From NCBI GenBank assembly GCA_050331735.1, contig JBHJGN010000039.1:1-64000 (forward strand): 64,000 nucleotides of DNA, read 5' to 3'. A model generated the notes under the pieces. That model was not told the origin of the DNA, searched no databases, and saw nothing but the letters and a program-made list of their open reading frames with translations. Shown here piece after piece: positions 31,720-42,283 of the stretch. Position 1 is the stretch's first letter; each line of letters begins with the position of its first letter. Source of the DNA: Cyanophyceae cyanobacterium. Lineage in GTDB: Bacteria; Cyanobacteriota; Cyanobacteriia; Cyanobacteriales; JBHJGN01. The position numbers were made by a program, and so were the translations under genes.

Positions 31720-33987
31720 TCAAGGTTGCTTTGTCTCGAGCATTTTCTCCGATCTGTTGCTGCCTCTATCTTGTCGTTCTAAAAAAATAGGCTGCTCCCG
31801 ATCGATTTTCTCCGGCAGCAGATTTAACTTTTTTGGCAACAGAATGGTGAATTTCGTATAACAGCCAAACTTTGTTTCTACTTTTATTCTGCCTCTGTGC
31901 TCATTTTCGATAATTTGCTTGACAAAGAACAAGCCTAGCCCGTTTCCTTGTCCCGTTAGTTTTTTGGTCGAAAAGAAAATCTTAAAGATTTCTGTCATAT
32001 TTTTCGGAGAGATCCCTTCTCCATTGTCCTGAATCGTGAATGCTATCCATCTTTCTAAATCTAGAGTTTGTATGCAAATTGTAGGAATGAAATCCGGCGT
32101 TACCTTATATTTGGTTTCAAGAGTGTCCCAGGCGTTGTTAAGAATGTTGATCAAAGCTCCTTGAATATGTTCAGCGACAACCTCTATCTTTTCTAGAGAA
32201 TAATCACATTCTATTTTGAGATTAACTTCTATGCTCTGATGCTTTTTTTGTCTTTCTTGACAAACAAGATTACAGGATTTGTGCACTAATTGATTAACAT
32301 CAGTAAAACAGAAATCTTTGATGAGATATTCCTGGCGAGAGAAGCGCAATATTTGGCTAATGAGCTGGGTTGTTCTACGTCCTTGAGCATCAATAATGAA
32401 AAGTTTATCCTTGATGCGATCTGCTAGTTGTTCTAACTCAATAAATATATCCTCAAGATCGTTGAAAAAAAGTTTATTATTGGCGAGATTGCTGTTGAGA
32501 AGCTGTAGATCGTCTAAAGTTAGTTGAGCTTGATTAAAAACGATACTGACTGGATTTTTAATCTCGTGTGCTAGACGATTGACTAAGTTTTCGACTGAAG
32601 CAGAGTTTTGCACCTCAATCTGCCGCTCTCGCAGATTTTCTAACTCTGTCAAAGCTTGGGTCAGTTGCTCATTTTTGTGTCTGAGTCTCTGCGTTTGTTC
32701 GGCTACCCTGGCTTCTAGAGTGGCATTGTTTTCCTGGAGTTGAGCATTGATGCTAGCCAGATCGGTCTTGGATTGAACTAACCGAATCACGTATATGTAC
32801 CCAGTGACACCCAAGGCCGTTGCCCAAATTCCCAGTAATCCGGGAACGAAGGGAAGCCATAAGCCCTTTTCAAACCCGATATAGACAGCGAGGCATAAAA
32901 TAGAGGATAGCAGAAAGGCTTCAACAGCAGTCATGAAAAATAGCTGGCGGTAGCGGTGGGTTGCTCGATAATGCCACACCACAGCGGCAGCCATAGCGCT
33001 CCAGCCGAAAATCCAGAGCTGTTCCCACAGTTCGATTTGACTGGTGATGAGGGGGCGATCGCCGAGAACAGCACTGAGAATTTGGCTAGTGGCCTGGGCG
33101 TGAATTTCTACGCCCCACATCCACTGCGGCGACTGATGTACGCGCCAGCTATAGGGAGTCAGATGCAGATCTTGCGTTGAAGGGGCGGCTGAACCGATGA
33201 AGACAATTTTGTTTTCAAAGAAATTGGGGTTGATACGCTCTTCTAAAACATCAGCAAAAGACACGTAGAGAAAGCTAGCTGAGCGATAGTTGAGCAGCAT
33301 TTGATAGCCACCGTCATCAATTCCGGCATAACCTCCCTGCCAGGGAGTAACGCGCGGAAAAGATTGCTGACCGATATGAAGCAGACCATCCTGAAAAGAG
33401 AGCGATTTGCCTGTGGAGCGCAGGTAAGAGCTAGCAACGGCGATGCCTAAGCTGGGGAGGTTTCTCTCGGGAGGAACGGCAGGAAAGAGCAGATAGCGGC
33501 GCACGACTCCATCGGGATCGACAATGAGATCAGAAGCGCTCGTCTGTCCTGTTTCTTCAAGAATGGGAGGCGGAGCAATTTGCTCAAACTGGCTACCCGT
33601 CACCTTTTGAATGCCGATCAGGTTGGGACTTGATTGAAACGCGGCGACGAGCTCTTCGTAGCCCGGTGCTACCCGCACGTCTCGGAAGATATCCAACCCG
33701 ATTACCGTAGGGTGCTGGTCACTGATCTTGTTGATTAACTGAGCCAGGACGCGATCGCTGACGGGCCAGCCGTACTGCTCAATTTCTGTTTCCTGTAAAG
33801 CAACAATGACAATCTGTTTTTCTGGAGACTCGGGAGGGCGAAGCCGAAAGAGGGCATCAAAAGCCTTCAGTTCTAGGAATTGCCAAGCGCCTAAATACCG
33901 CAGAAGCAGCAGTAAGCTGACGATGGAAACCGCAATTGTCAAGGGTTCGCGCCAAATTTCTAGCAACTTGCTAGTTTTATTGAACAT
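31720..33987 (-). CDS. CHASE2-domain membrane sensor histidine kinase
   Basis: CHASE2 (WP..D..LA, IGLDIFRD, DPDGVVRR, GVEIHA), three TMs, coiled coil, H-box LAHEIKNP, N-box NILNNA, DNGEGI, GNGLGL. Confidence 0.92.
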   Translation of the reverse strand: MFNKTSKLLEIWREPLTIAVSIVSLLLLLRYLGAWQFLELKAFDALFRLRPPESPEKQIVIVALQETEIEQYGWPVSDRVLAQLINKISDQHPTVIGLDIFRDVRVAPGYEELVAAFQSSPNLIGIQKVTGSQFEQIAPPPILEETGQTSASDLIVDPDGVVRRYLLFPAVPPERNLPSLGIAVASSYLRSTGKSLSFQDGLLHIGQQSFPRVTPWQGGYAGIDDGGYQMLLNYRSASFLYVSFADVLEERINPNFFENKIVFIGSAAPSTQDLHLTPYSWRVHQSPQWMWGVEIHAQATSQILSAVLGDRPLITSQIELWEQLWIFGWSAMAAAVVWHYRATHRYRQLFFMTAVEAFLLSSILCLAVYIGFEKGLWLPFVPGLLGIWATALGVTGYIYVIRLVQSKTDLASINAQLQENNATLEARVAEQTQRLRHKNEQLTQALTELENLRERQIEVQNSASVENLVNRLAHEIKNPVSIVFNQAQLTLDDLQLLNSNLANNKLFFNDLEDIFIELEQLADRIKDKLFIIDAQGRRTTQLISQILRFSRQEYLIKDFCFTDVNQLVHKSCNLVCQERQKKHQSIEVNLKIECDYSLEKIEVVAEHIQGALINILNNAWDTLETKYKVTPDFIPTICIQTLDLERWIAFTIQDNGEGISPKNMTEIFKIFFSTKKLTGQGNGLGLFFVKQIIENEHRGRIKVETKFGCYTKFTILLPKKLNLLPEKIDREQPIFLERQDRGSNRSEKMLETKQP

Positions 33988-34795
33988 CTACATCTGAATG
34001 TACGTTAGCAATGATGGTATTCCACAAATTTTCCCAATTTGAAGGGATTTCTAGTTGGTCTGAGAGGAATGCTGCCAAAGCATCATACCAAATTCCAGCG
34101 GAGGCGAGAGCTTGACAGGCGACACAGGCCCCCGAATCGAATTCGGAGGTCGCGCCTTCACGCGCAGAATCAGCCGCCAACTGGTCTGGCGTTTGAACGC
34201 GCTGAATCCACGCTCTCCCAACAATATTGGCCGATGGTCGCTCGGGGTTGCACACGAGCGAGACGCTCCACTGATACTCTTTCCCAATTTTTAGGGCTTG
34301 AGTATGGGAAGGTAACTGAAAGCGATTGAGTCCTGCCCGATGGTGAAGAATATATTCTTCAAAGAGAGCGGCTTTTCCTCCTTGCTCGACTAAGGTAAAC
34401 AAAACTGGCAACGCGATCGGTTCTGAAGTATACCAATAAAAAGTTGGATATCCTGAAATGGTTGAGGCCATTTCTCCTGCCGGAGCGAGGAGAGTTAAAT
34501 CCACAGGCGCTTGAGGACAGCCTCGCGACCCACCAGCACGAGTTGGCTCTATCGGCGGTTTAATGTCGGCGGGCAGTTGATATTCTGGTTTGATACTGTC
34601 TGCTTCGCGGTGGCGATCGCTGAATTCCTCTAGCAAAGGCTCAGGGGGTCGCTCGGTGTCTACAATCACTCGGACGCGAGGGGAGTCAGCTTCTTCTCGG
34701 GGTTCGGTCGTGGAAGTCAGCTCGGGGCGAGGAGTTCCCCAAGCAGGAATGCTGGCTACCATTAATCCTATCCCAATGAGAAAATTGTGTAACAT
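33977..34795 (-). CDS. DUF928 domain exported protein
   Basis: Signal peptide; GGSRG, T.SGYPTFYWY, L.IGKEYQWSVSLVC, WIQRV, GIWYDAL; overlaps the CHASE2 gene start. Confidence 0.88.
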   Translation of the reverse strand: MLHNFLIGIGLMVASIPAWGTPRPELTSTTEPREEADSPRVRVIVDTERPPEPLLEEFSDRHREADSIKPEYQLPADIKPPIEPTRAGGSRGCPQAPVDLTLLAPAGEMASTISGYPTFYWYTSEPIALPVLFTLVEQGGKAALFEEYILHHRAGLNRFQLPSHTQALKIGKEYQWSVSLVCNPERPSANIVGRAWIQRVQTPDQLAADSAREGATSEFDSGACVACQALASAGIWYDALAAFLSDQLEIPSNWENLWNTIIANVHSDVDVQ

Positions 34796-34860
34796 TTTTT
34801 CAGCTCAAAAGTCATTTTGCTATTTATTATCGATTAAAAAAAGTTTTGGCAGCGAGTTTT

Positions 34861-37395
34861 ATGTTTTCTCAATTTAAGTATAAATTTTTCTTATTGCTCA
34901 TCGTGGGATTCGGATTGGCTACGATCGCTAACCCGTTGAGTCTGGCGCGAGGAGGCGCTCTGCCGACGGCTGCTCTAGTCAATACCGAGAACCGAGACGG
35001 ATTATGGCAGCACACCGAGACGGCCCAACTAGCTCCTTCCCGCGACGATAGCTCAAGCCCCTCGGCTAGCTCTGAAAGGGAGCTCCCCTCAAAACAGCTC
35101 GAAGGCGACATTTTGCAGTGGGAACAATTGCTTCAGCAGTCTCCCTCTCCGGCGGAGGCGGTGATTTTGCACAACAATCTGGCTGCTGCCTATCGGCAAC
35201 GAGGACAGCTAAGCGAGGCGATCGCTCATTGGGAAGCAGTGATTGAAATTTGTGAAGGCGCGATCCCCGAATCGAATTCTGGGACTTGTGTCGCCTGTGA
35301 AGGACAAACCGAGCCGTCGTTCCGCCTGCGCCTGGTGAAGGCCCTGGTGGACCAAGCCCAAGCCTACATTTCCCTGGGTCAGTCTCGCTTTGCTATTCCA
35401 CAACTGCAAGCAGCGCTCAAACAAGCCGAGGAACTTCAGCTCGCTGAGGTCCAAGCAGTCGCCACCAAAGCATTAGGAAATGCTTACTACCTAACCAGTC
35501 GTTTTGAGAAAGCCATTCGTGCCTACGCTCAAAGTTTACAGCTTGCTACTCAGCTCAACCACTTCGATCTAGCTGTGGCGGTGCTGAACAATTTAAGTAA
35601 CACCTACGAGCAGCGTCACCAGCAGTATCTCCTCAGCGCACAGGATGCCAAAGCAGAAGGAAAAACAGCAGAAGCACAACGTTGGTTAACATCTGCGCAG
35701 CAGGCCCAAGCAGAGGCGATCGCCACGGCCCAAAGAGCCGTTGAGCAAAGCAGCAGCGGCAGCCTTTCTGCGGTACGAGCAAGGTTACAGTTGATGCGTC
35801 TCGCCCCCGGCAGCGTGGACAAAGCTCAGGTATTAGCCACCCTGGGGCAGCTTCCGGCCTCTCCCAGTAAGATTTTCTTGATGATTGAGCTAGCTCGACT
35901 CGAGGAGCCAACCTCCGCGAGTGGCCTGTTGGCAGCGGCAGCGAGGCTTGCTTTTGAGCTTGGGGATCTGCGGAGCGCGTCCTATGCTGTCGGCGAGTTG
36001 GCCCAGACCTACGCCAAGCATCGCCAGTACGAGCCAGCGCTGAAGTTAGCGCAGCAGGCCCAGGGGCAGGCGCAAGCAGCTATGGCGTTTGAGAGCCTTT
36101 ATCAGTGGCAGTGGCTTGCTGGCAGAATTTATCGCGAAACCGGTGCGCTTGAAGAGGCCAAGACTGCTTATCGGGCGGCTGTTGCGACCTTGCAGGATCT
36201 GCGGAGTCAGACGATGACGGCTCCAGAGTCACTACAGCAGAGATTCCGCGAGCAGGTGGAGCCTGTTTATCGAGAGTTTCTCGAGCTGTTGCTTTCTGGG
36301 TCCGAGCCCCAGCAGATTCATGAAGCGATTACTGTTTTTCAACAGCTTCAGTTGAGAGAGCTGCAAAACTTTTTTGGCGATCCCTGCGTTGAAGTGGAGC
36401 CTGTTGTTACAGAAGCGTTAGCGCCGAAAAAACTCGCCATCCTCTACTCGATGATTCTCCAGGATAAAACTTACCTCGTGCTGCAACTGCCGGATGAAGT
36501 CAAAAGCTACCGGGTTGACGTGCCTGCTCAAAAATTAAACGAAGACATTTTGAGCTGGCGTTTTCAGTTAGAGAATATTCGTCTTCCTGGCGGATACGAA
36601 GAATTATCTCAGCATCTTTACAACTTGCTGATTCGACCGCTAGCAGAAGATTTAGCCGGGGCCAATCCGGATACGCTGGTGTTTGTCAATGATGGACTGT
36701 TGCGCAACGTTCCGATGGCAGCACTGCACGATGGCCAGCAGTTTTTGGTCGAAAAGTATCCGATTGAGATTTCACTAGGTTTTAAGTTGGAGCTTGAAGC
36801 TTACGCCCCTCAGTCTCTCGATTCTCTCATTTTTGGATTAACAGAAGCGGTCGGAGACTGGCCGCCCCTTCCTAACGTCGGTACGGAAGCTGAAAACATT
36901 CAGCAGGTTTTGGGTGGCGAGAAGTATCTAGATCAGCAGTTTACTCTCGCTCGTCTAAAGCAGGAAATTCAAGAAGATTATTCTATTGTTCACTTGGCCA
37001 CGCACGGGCAGTTTGCCGGAACCGCTGATAACTCTTACCTGATTGCTTACGACGAGCGCATTACGCTAGCAGAATTGGAACAAATTCTGGCCCGCCGCGA
37101 TCGCCCCGTGACACTGTTGACCCTCAGTGCCTGCCAAACTGCCGCTGGCAATGAACGCTCTGTCTTAGGCATGGCCGGAGTCGCCGCCCGCGCTGGCGTA
37201 GAAACAACCCTCGGTAGTTTGTGGTACTTAAACGATGTCGAAAATGTCGCGTTGTTTACAGACTTTTATCGAAATTTCAAGCAAACAGGAGCGGTAGCCG
37301 AAGATCTTAGAAGAGCGCAGCTCAAACAAATTGCTAATCCCTATAGCCATCCTTCGATTTGGGCTTCAGTCATCCTCGTCAGCAATCAGCTTTAG
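34861..37395 (+). CDS. Exported TPR-CHAT (caspase/HetF-like cysteine protease)
   Basis: Signal-like N-terminus, TPR helices, VHLATHG and LSACQTA catalytic dyad, GSLW, HPSIWA. Confidence 0.92.
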   Translation: MFSQFKYKFFLLLIVGFGLATIANPLSLARGGALPTAALVNTENRDGLWQHTETAQLAPSRDDSSSPSASSERELPSKQLEGDILQWEQLLQQSPSPAEAVILHNNLAAAYRQRGQLSEAIAHWEAVIEICEGAIPESNSGTCVACEGQTEPSFRLRLVKALVDQAQAYISLGQSRFAIPQLQAALKQAEELQLAEVQAVATKALGNAYYLTSRFEKAIRAYAQSLQLATQLNHFDLAVAVLNNLSNTYEQRHQQYLLSAQDAKAEGKTAEAQRWLTSAQQAQAEAIATAQRAVEQSSSGSLSAVRARLQLMRLAPGSVDKAQVLATLGQLPASPSKIFLMIELARLEEPTSASGLLAAAARLAFELGDLRSASYAVGELAQTYAKHRQYEPALKLAQQAQGQAQAAMAFESLYQWQWLAGRIYRETGALEEAKTAYRAAVATLQDLRSQTMTAPESLQQRFREQVEPVYREFLELLLSGSEPQQIHEAITVFQQLQLRELQNFFGDPCVEVEPVVTEALAPKKLAILYSMILQDKTYLVLQLPDEVKSYRVDVPAQKLNEDILSWRFQLENIRLPGGYEELSQHLYNLLIRPLAEDLAGANPDTLVFVNDGLLRNVPMAALHDGQQFLVEKYPIEISLGFKLELEAYAPQSLDSLIFGLTEAVGDWPPLPNVGTEAENIQQVLGGEKYLDQQFTLARLKQEIQEDYSIVHLATHGQFAGTADNSYLIAYDERITLAELEQILARRDRPVTLLTLSACQTAAGNERSVLGMAGVAARAGVETTLGSLWYLNDVENVALFTDFYRNFKQTGAVAEDLRRAQLKQIANPYSHPSIWASVILVSNQL

Positions 37396-37418
37396 CCGAG
37401 GGGCAAAATTTAAGCGAG

Positions 37419-40400
37419 CTAACGACAAGGGGAAGCTGCTGCGATCGCCTGTTCAGAGGGCGTTCTCGCTACTAGCTGGATCCGCCCGTCAGCCGTGGCT
37501 ATCCAGCCGGTCGCTTCTATCAGGGGAGCGGGTCGGGCGGAAGGAACGTCCGCAGCGTTTGGCGTTGATGTCTTCTGAGTTTGTGGATTCTCAATCGGTT
37601 CAATTTGAGTCAGATAGTGGTCGCTGTCGATTAGTTCGTCTGGAGTCAGGGGTTGCTGTTGACCTACGTAAACTAAGCTGCCTCCGCTCAGGCGACGGGG
37701 ATCGAGACAGCTAGAGGCGATCGCCTCTTCTGGAGAAGTCAGCGGCTCGTCTACCACCACCAGATTTTCAGTGGGTTCTAGAATCGTAATTTCCACCACG
37801 CCATCAACCCCTAGTTCGGAAGCAGCTTCAATGGTGCTGTCTGAGGAGATCAGGCTGCTCGTGGCGATGTTAATATTGCCGCCTGGACCGCGTACAGCAT
37901 TGGCGCTAATGCTGCTGTCCTCCAGCAGCAAGAGGTCAGAATTGATGGTAATGTCGCCGCCGCCGCCAGTGCTGTCGAGGACGCTGGTGCTGATTAAGCT
38001 ATCCTCTACCAAGCGCAGCAGGGTAGTATCAACGCTGATATCACCGCCGCCTGCTTGGATGGCAGTAGCGGTAATGCTGCTTTGCTCCAGTTCAGCTTGA
38101 TTCGCCTCGATCTCAATATTGCCCGCTTGACCAGACCCCGTACTGTTGGTAGAAAACTGAGCTTGGCCCGTTAGGTTTAAAGAGTCAGTCACGAGAGCAA
38201 TACTGCCCCCATCGCTACTGCCTCTCGTTTCAGCAGAAACTCGACTGCCGTTGCCTGCCGTGAGGGTTTGAATCGTCAGATTGATGTTGCCTCCTCCCCC
38301 TGAATTGGTAGCAGCGGTGATGCCGCCTGGGTTGGCCGAGAAGTTATCATCTAGAAACAGCGATCGCGCTTCGATGGTAATCGTACCAGCTCTTCCCTGT
38401 CCTGGCGGTATATCTGGATTGAGGCTGGAAAAGTTGCTGGCGCTAATGGTGGCTCCGTCTCGGATAGATAAGCGCGTGGTAGCAATATTAAGATTTCCTC
38501 CATCTCCCGTCCCAAAAATAGCGTTGCCAAACAAGCCACTCACCCGTTGGGACGAAGCTCCCGTTAAGGCGATGCTAGTTGCCTGGATGGCTAGACTGCC
38601 CGCATTTCCTGCTCCGGCAGTACTGACGGCTATCTGTGCGCCATCAGCTACTTCTAAGCGTTGAGCAGAGAGAGAGACATTGCCGCCACTTCCTTCCGCT
38701 CCTGGTTCAACGGTCGTAAAGAAGCCAGTAGGCCCGAAGGATTCACCGCTCAGCACCACCTCTGGAGCAGCAATGATTAAATCGCCAGCAGCACCGGAAC
38801 CGAACGTCAGCGCTGATATTTGAGCTCCCTCGCTCAATAAGAGGCGATCGCTCTCTACGGCGATCGTGCCACCTTTACCTGTGGCTCCGGCTTCAACATT
38901 GGCAAACAACCCACTCGGAGTTCCTCCGGGAGATGTCCCCAGTAGCTGCATCTCTGTTGCTTGCACCGTTAAATTTCCTGCCGCTCCCGCACTAAAGGTC
39001 GTCGTGGCAATTTGAGCGCCATCAGCAACCACCAAGCGCTCAGTTTCGATCATTAATTTTCTACCATTGCCCAGCTCTCCTCCTGTAGCTGTAAAGAGTC
39101 CACTCGGACCTGAACCTGATGCTCCACCACTCACCTCGATTTCCTTGGCCCGGATAGACAAAGCTCCGGCATCTCCAGCACCAAACGTAGTATTAGCAAT
39201 TTGAGCGCCATCAGCTACTAGTAATCGACTCGTTTGAACCAATAATTGACCGCCGTCTCCTGTGGCTGCTTCTCCCAGGTCAGCAAATAAGCCACTGGGA
39301 AATCCTCCAGGAGATGTCCCTACTAGTTCTACGTCATCGGCTTGCACAGACAGATTTCCCGCATCTCCGGCACCGAAGGTACTAGTAAAGATCTGCGCCC
39401 CCTCGGCAACTCTCAAACCTTCAGTAGTCACGGTTAAGCTCCCGCCATTCCCAGTCGCGTTCTCTGCAACCGGGGCAAACAAGCCGCTCGGACCCAAGGG
39501 CGACCCCCCAATTAGTTCCACCGTTTGAGCATTGACGTTTAGTTGTCCGGCATTGCCAGCGCCGAAGGTTCCGCTCGATACTTGTCCCCCATCAGCAACC
39601 AGCAGTCCTCCAGTTTCAATGGTTAATCTGCCTCCATTGCCCGTTGCTCCGGTCGCCACATCGGTAAATAGTCCACTGACGAAGGGAATAGCAGCAGTGC
39701 CAACAATCTCTACTGTTGCCGATGCCCTCACTATCACAGTTTCTCCAGCATCGCTCCCGAGAGTTTCTGACAACAGCGCTGAACCATCAGCAAGACTAAC
39801 GCGCCGTCCCTGCACCTGAATTGGTCCGCCTCCACTGCCGCTTGTATCGAGAGAAGCGGCTTGGGAGAGAATAATATCCTGGAAGCTACTGATATTGTCA
39901 TAGTTCACTTCCCAGCCTCGGTCAGCTTGGTTAAGCTGCACTACCCCCGGTTCACCAACGCTTCCTAACTCAATTCGCCCAGATGCGGCGGTTAAGTTGC
40001 CCCCTTCTAAAAAAATATCGCCACCCACCAGCGCTAAGGTTTGACCGGGCTGTACCTGAAGCCCAGCGGGTCTGTTATCTCTCACAACAGCAGAATTTTG
40101 CGGATCGGGGTTGAGACTCAGAAAATTTCCTGGACCTTGGACCCGAATTTCTCCAGACTGCGAACCGTACTGTAAACCAACGGGAACATTGAGTTCTAGA
40201 AGAGGTGGGACTTGGGGATCGACCGCACTAAACTCCTGAGCGTTGGGAAATAGGAAGCTATTGGCCGTACTGCCAATCAACGAACCGCCGATATTGAGAG
40301 CCGCGTTAGGACCAAAGACAATGCCGCTAGGGTTGATCAAAAAGAGACTCGCTGCTCCATTGGCGCGAATCAAGCCGTCAATAGTAGAAACGGAACCTCC

Positions 40401-40694
40401 CGTAACGCGGCTGATAATATTTTCAATGGTGGCGGCATTGTCAAAGAAGGCTGTATTGCCAGTTTGAACAGAAAACTGCTCAAAGCTATGGAAGAGATTG
40501 CTGCCAACTTTAGTGCCGCCGGTAATGTTGCTCGTATTACCGTCAGGAGTTACAACGGTATTTTCAGTAAGTGTATTATCGGGAACGATTTGGGCAGATG
40601 CAATTGGAGGCACTATCAGCAGAAAGAAAATAGAGAAGAGATTTGCTTTGCTTTGGTTGAGCTGTTGCTTGAAAAAGCAAGCGATGCTATTCAT
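37419..40694 (-). CDS. Filamentous haemagglutinin-like (TpsA) exoprotein
   Basis: AQIVPDNTL, NLFHSF, NIISRVTGGS, INPSGI secretion domain; beta-helix repeats G.GG.L.I.T..L...GAQI; EATGW tail. Confidence 0.92.
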   Translation of the reverse strand: MNSIACFFKQQLNQSKANLFSIFFLLIVPPIASAQIVPDNTLTENTVVTPDGNTSNITGGTKVGSNLFHSFEQFSVQTGNTAFFDNAATIENIISRVTGGSVSTIDGLIRANGAASLFLINPSGIVFGPNAALNIGGSLIGSTANSFLFPNAQEFSAVDPQVPPLLELNVPVGLQYGSQSGEIRVQGPGNFLSLNPDPQNSAVVRDNRPAGLQVQPGQTLALVGGDIFLEGGNLTAASGRIELGSVGEPGVVQLNQADRGWEVNYDNISSFQDIILSQAASLDTSGSGGGPIQVQGRRVSLADGSALLSETLGSDAGETVIVRASATVEIVGTAAIPFVSGLFTDVATGATGNGGRLTIETGGLLVADGGQVSSGTFGAGNAGQLNVNAQTVELIGGSPLGPSGLFAPVAENATGNGGSLTVTTEGLRVAEGAQIFTSTFGAGDAGNLSVQADDVELVGTSPGGFPSGLFADLGEAATGDGGQLLVQTSRLLVADGAQIANTTFGAGDAGALSIRAKEIEVSGGASGSGPSGLFTATGGELGNGRKLMIETERLVVADGAQIATTTFSAGAAGNLTVQATEMQLLGTSPGGTPSGLFANVEAGATGKGGTIAVESDRLLLSEGAQISALTFGSGAAGDLIIAAPEVVLSGESFGPTGFFTTVEPGAEGSGGNVSLSAQRLEVADGAQIAVSTAGAGNAGSLAIQATSIALTGASSQRVSGLFGNAIFGTGDGGNLNIATTRLSIRDGATISASNFSSLNPDIPPGQGRAGTITIEARSLFLDDNFSANPGGITAATNSGGGGNINLTIQTLTAGNGSRVSAETRGSSDGGSIALVTDSLNLTGQAQFSTNSTGSGQAGNIEIEANQAELEQSSITATAIQAGGGDISVDTTLLRLVEDSLISTSVLDSTGGGGDITINSDLLLLEDSSISANAVRGPGGNINIATSSLISSDSTIEAASELGVDGVVEITILEPTENLVVVDEPLTSPEEAIASSCLDPRRLSGGSLVYVGQQQPLTPDELIDSDHYLTQIEPIENPQTQKTSTPNAADVPSARPAPLIEATGWIATADGRIQLVARTPSEQAIAAASPCR

Positions 40695-40765
40695 CTACGC
40701 TCCGAGCAATAATGAACGACTTTTCTATCCATATAAGGATAGCTGCACAATGACTCTTGCGAACA

Positions 40766-42283
40766 TTATTTTTGACGACGACCTTTGATAAAAAAGGCCA
40801 GACGGAGCAAGACTAACCCCGATAACCAGCCAACGGTAGTTGATGGTCCTGGCACCGCTGCCGTTCCGGCTGGATCACCTTGCTCAACTTCCTGCCAGAG
40901 CCAATGCTGCCACATGGCTCCCTGCCACCAGCCTGTAGTTCCACTGCTGGCTGGTGTACTTTCCCTCCATCCCCATTCGTAGATTAAACTTTCTTCAATC
41001 ATCTCCTCGATCTCTGCGTCCCGGTTTTGAGAGAGAAGCTGAGCGGCTTCTCCGGGATTTTCTTCCAGCCACTCAACCGTCACTCCTAATGCAGCGGCTA
41101 ACTCCTCCTTGGCCTGCTCTTTCAGGAGCCACCAGTCCTCCGGGGTTTCTGACCCAATATCCCAACCGAGCACGTCCATTGCCTGTCGATCGAGAGCGAA
41201 GAGATCCCTTTTCTGACCAACCCGAATTAGTGGGTCCATAATCCCTAAAGGATTATCCTGTAATTTCCAGTGACTTCCTTGATACCCATCACCGTCCTGT
41301 CCGGTTGAAAATTCTGCCAGCCATGTCTTGCCACTGTCTATGGAAAAGAATTTTTGTCCTCCAATAGAGAGATCGTTATGCTGCCGTGCGGCACTTTCTG
41401 GAGAATAGCGGAATAGGTCTAGAGCGTTGGTATAGTCGAGGGTGCCAAGATTGGCATAGCGATTCTTTTTACTGTAGTTATCGTCGTCATCGTCATCATC
41501 GTCATCGTCGTCGTCGTCATCATCGTCATAATCTTCAAAGTGTTCACTCTCGATATCTGATAGGGCAGCTATCCATGCTGGAGAATCAACTCCACTGGCA
41601 AAGCCAAGAGTATGACCGATCTCATGAAGCGCGACGCTGACAAAATCTACTTGGTTATCAGCAACATTTACGTCCTGGTAATAATAGTTCCAGTCATAGG
41701 ACGAGTCTGCTAGGTCATTGAAGACGATGTAGCCATCTAACTCTCCGCTATCTTCTGCGAGCATTCTCACCGACTTTGCATTGGCACGAGTCAGATTCAG
41801 CCTGTGAGTTTTTTTAAGCTTATAACCATTAGCCGTTGCTTGAAACCCTTGATGGTTTTGATTGTTGTCATCGTCATCGTCATCGTCGTCATCGTCGTCG
41901 TCATCACTAGCTTTGTGCGAGGACATATGGTTAATAGCCTCCCAGTCGCTGTAAGAGGAGGCATCTTGCGCGAGCCGCTTCCAGTAATTCTGATATTTCT
42001 GCTTGGGCTTCATTCCAGGTAAAGCTCCGCCAACAACACTATCTGGAAGTTCACTCGTCGTTTCCACATGAATATTGACAGTGACCTGATCGCTCAGATA
42101 CGATGACCATATACTACCCGCTATTTCCATTCCCAACATCTGCTCTAAAGTAGTGCCTGAGCCATAGGTAAAGTTGAACTGCACTGCCTGAGCCGGAGAG
42201 CGACTAGCAATCATCCCTGTAATTAGCCCAAGGAGAGGCAAGAACGTTTTTTGACGAGTAGCGCTAGCTACGATGCTTTTCAT
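40766..42283 (-). CDS. Secreted zinc metalloprotease with PEP-CTERM-like sorting tail and two poly-Asp tracts
   Basis: Signal peptide PAQA-VQFNFTY, LHEIGHTLG zincin motif, LDLFRYS, SHWK..IMDP, VPGPSTT-TM-KGRRQK. Confidence 0.88.
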   Translation of the reverse strand: MKSIVASATRQKTFLPLLGLITGMIASRSPAQAVQFNFTYGSGTTLEQMLGMEIAGSIWSSYLSDQVTVNIHVETTSELPDSVVGGALPGMKPKQKYQNYWKRLAQDASSYSDWEAINHMSSHKASDDDDDDDDDDDDDNNQNHQGFQATANGYKLKKTHRLNLTRANAKSVRMLAEDSGELDGYIVFNDLADSSYDWNYYYQDVNVADNQVDFVSVALHEIGHTLGFASGVDSPAWIAALSDIESEHFEDYDDDDDDDDDDDDDDDDNYSKKNRYANLGTLDYTNALDLFRYSPESAARQHNDLSIGGQKFFSIDSGKTWLAEFSTGQDGDGYQGSHWKLQDNPLGIMDPLIRVGQKRDLFALDRQAMDVLGWDIGSETPEDWWLLKEQAKEELAAALGVTVEWLEENPGEAAQLLSQNRDAEIEEMIEESLIYEWGWRESTPASSGTTGWWQGAMWQHWLWQEVEQGDPAGTAAVPGPSTTVGWLSGLVLLRLAFFIKGRRQK

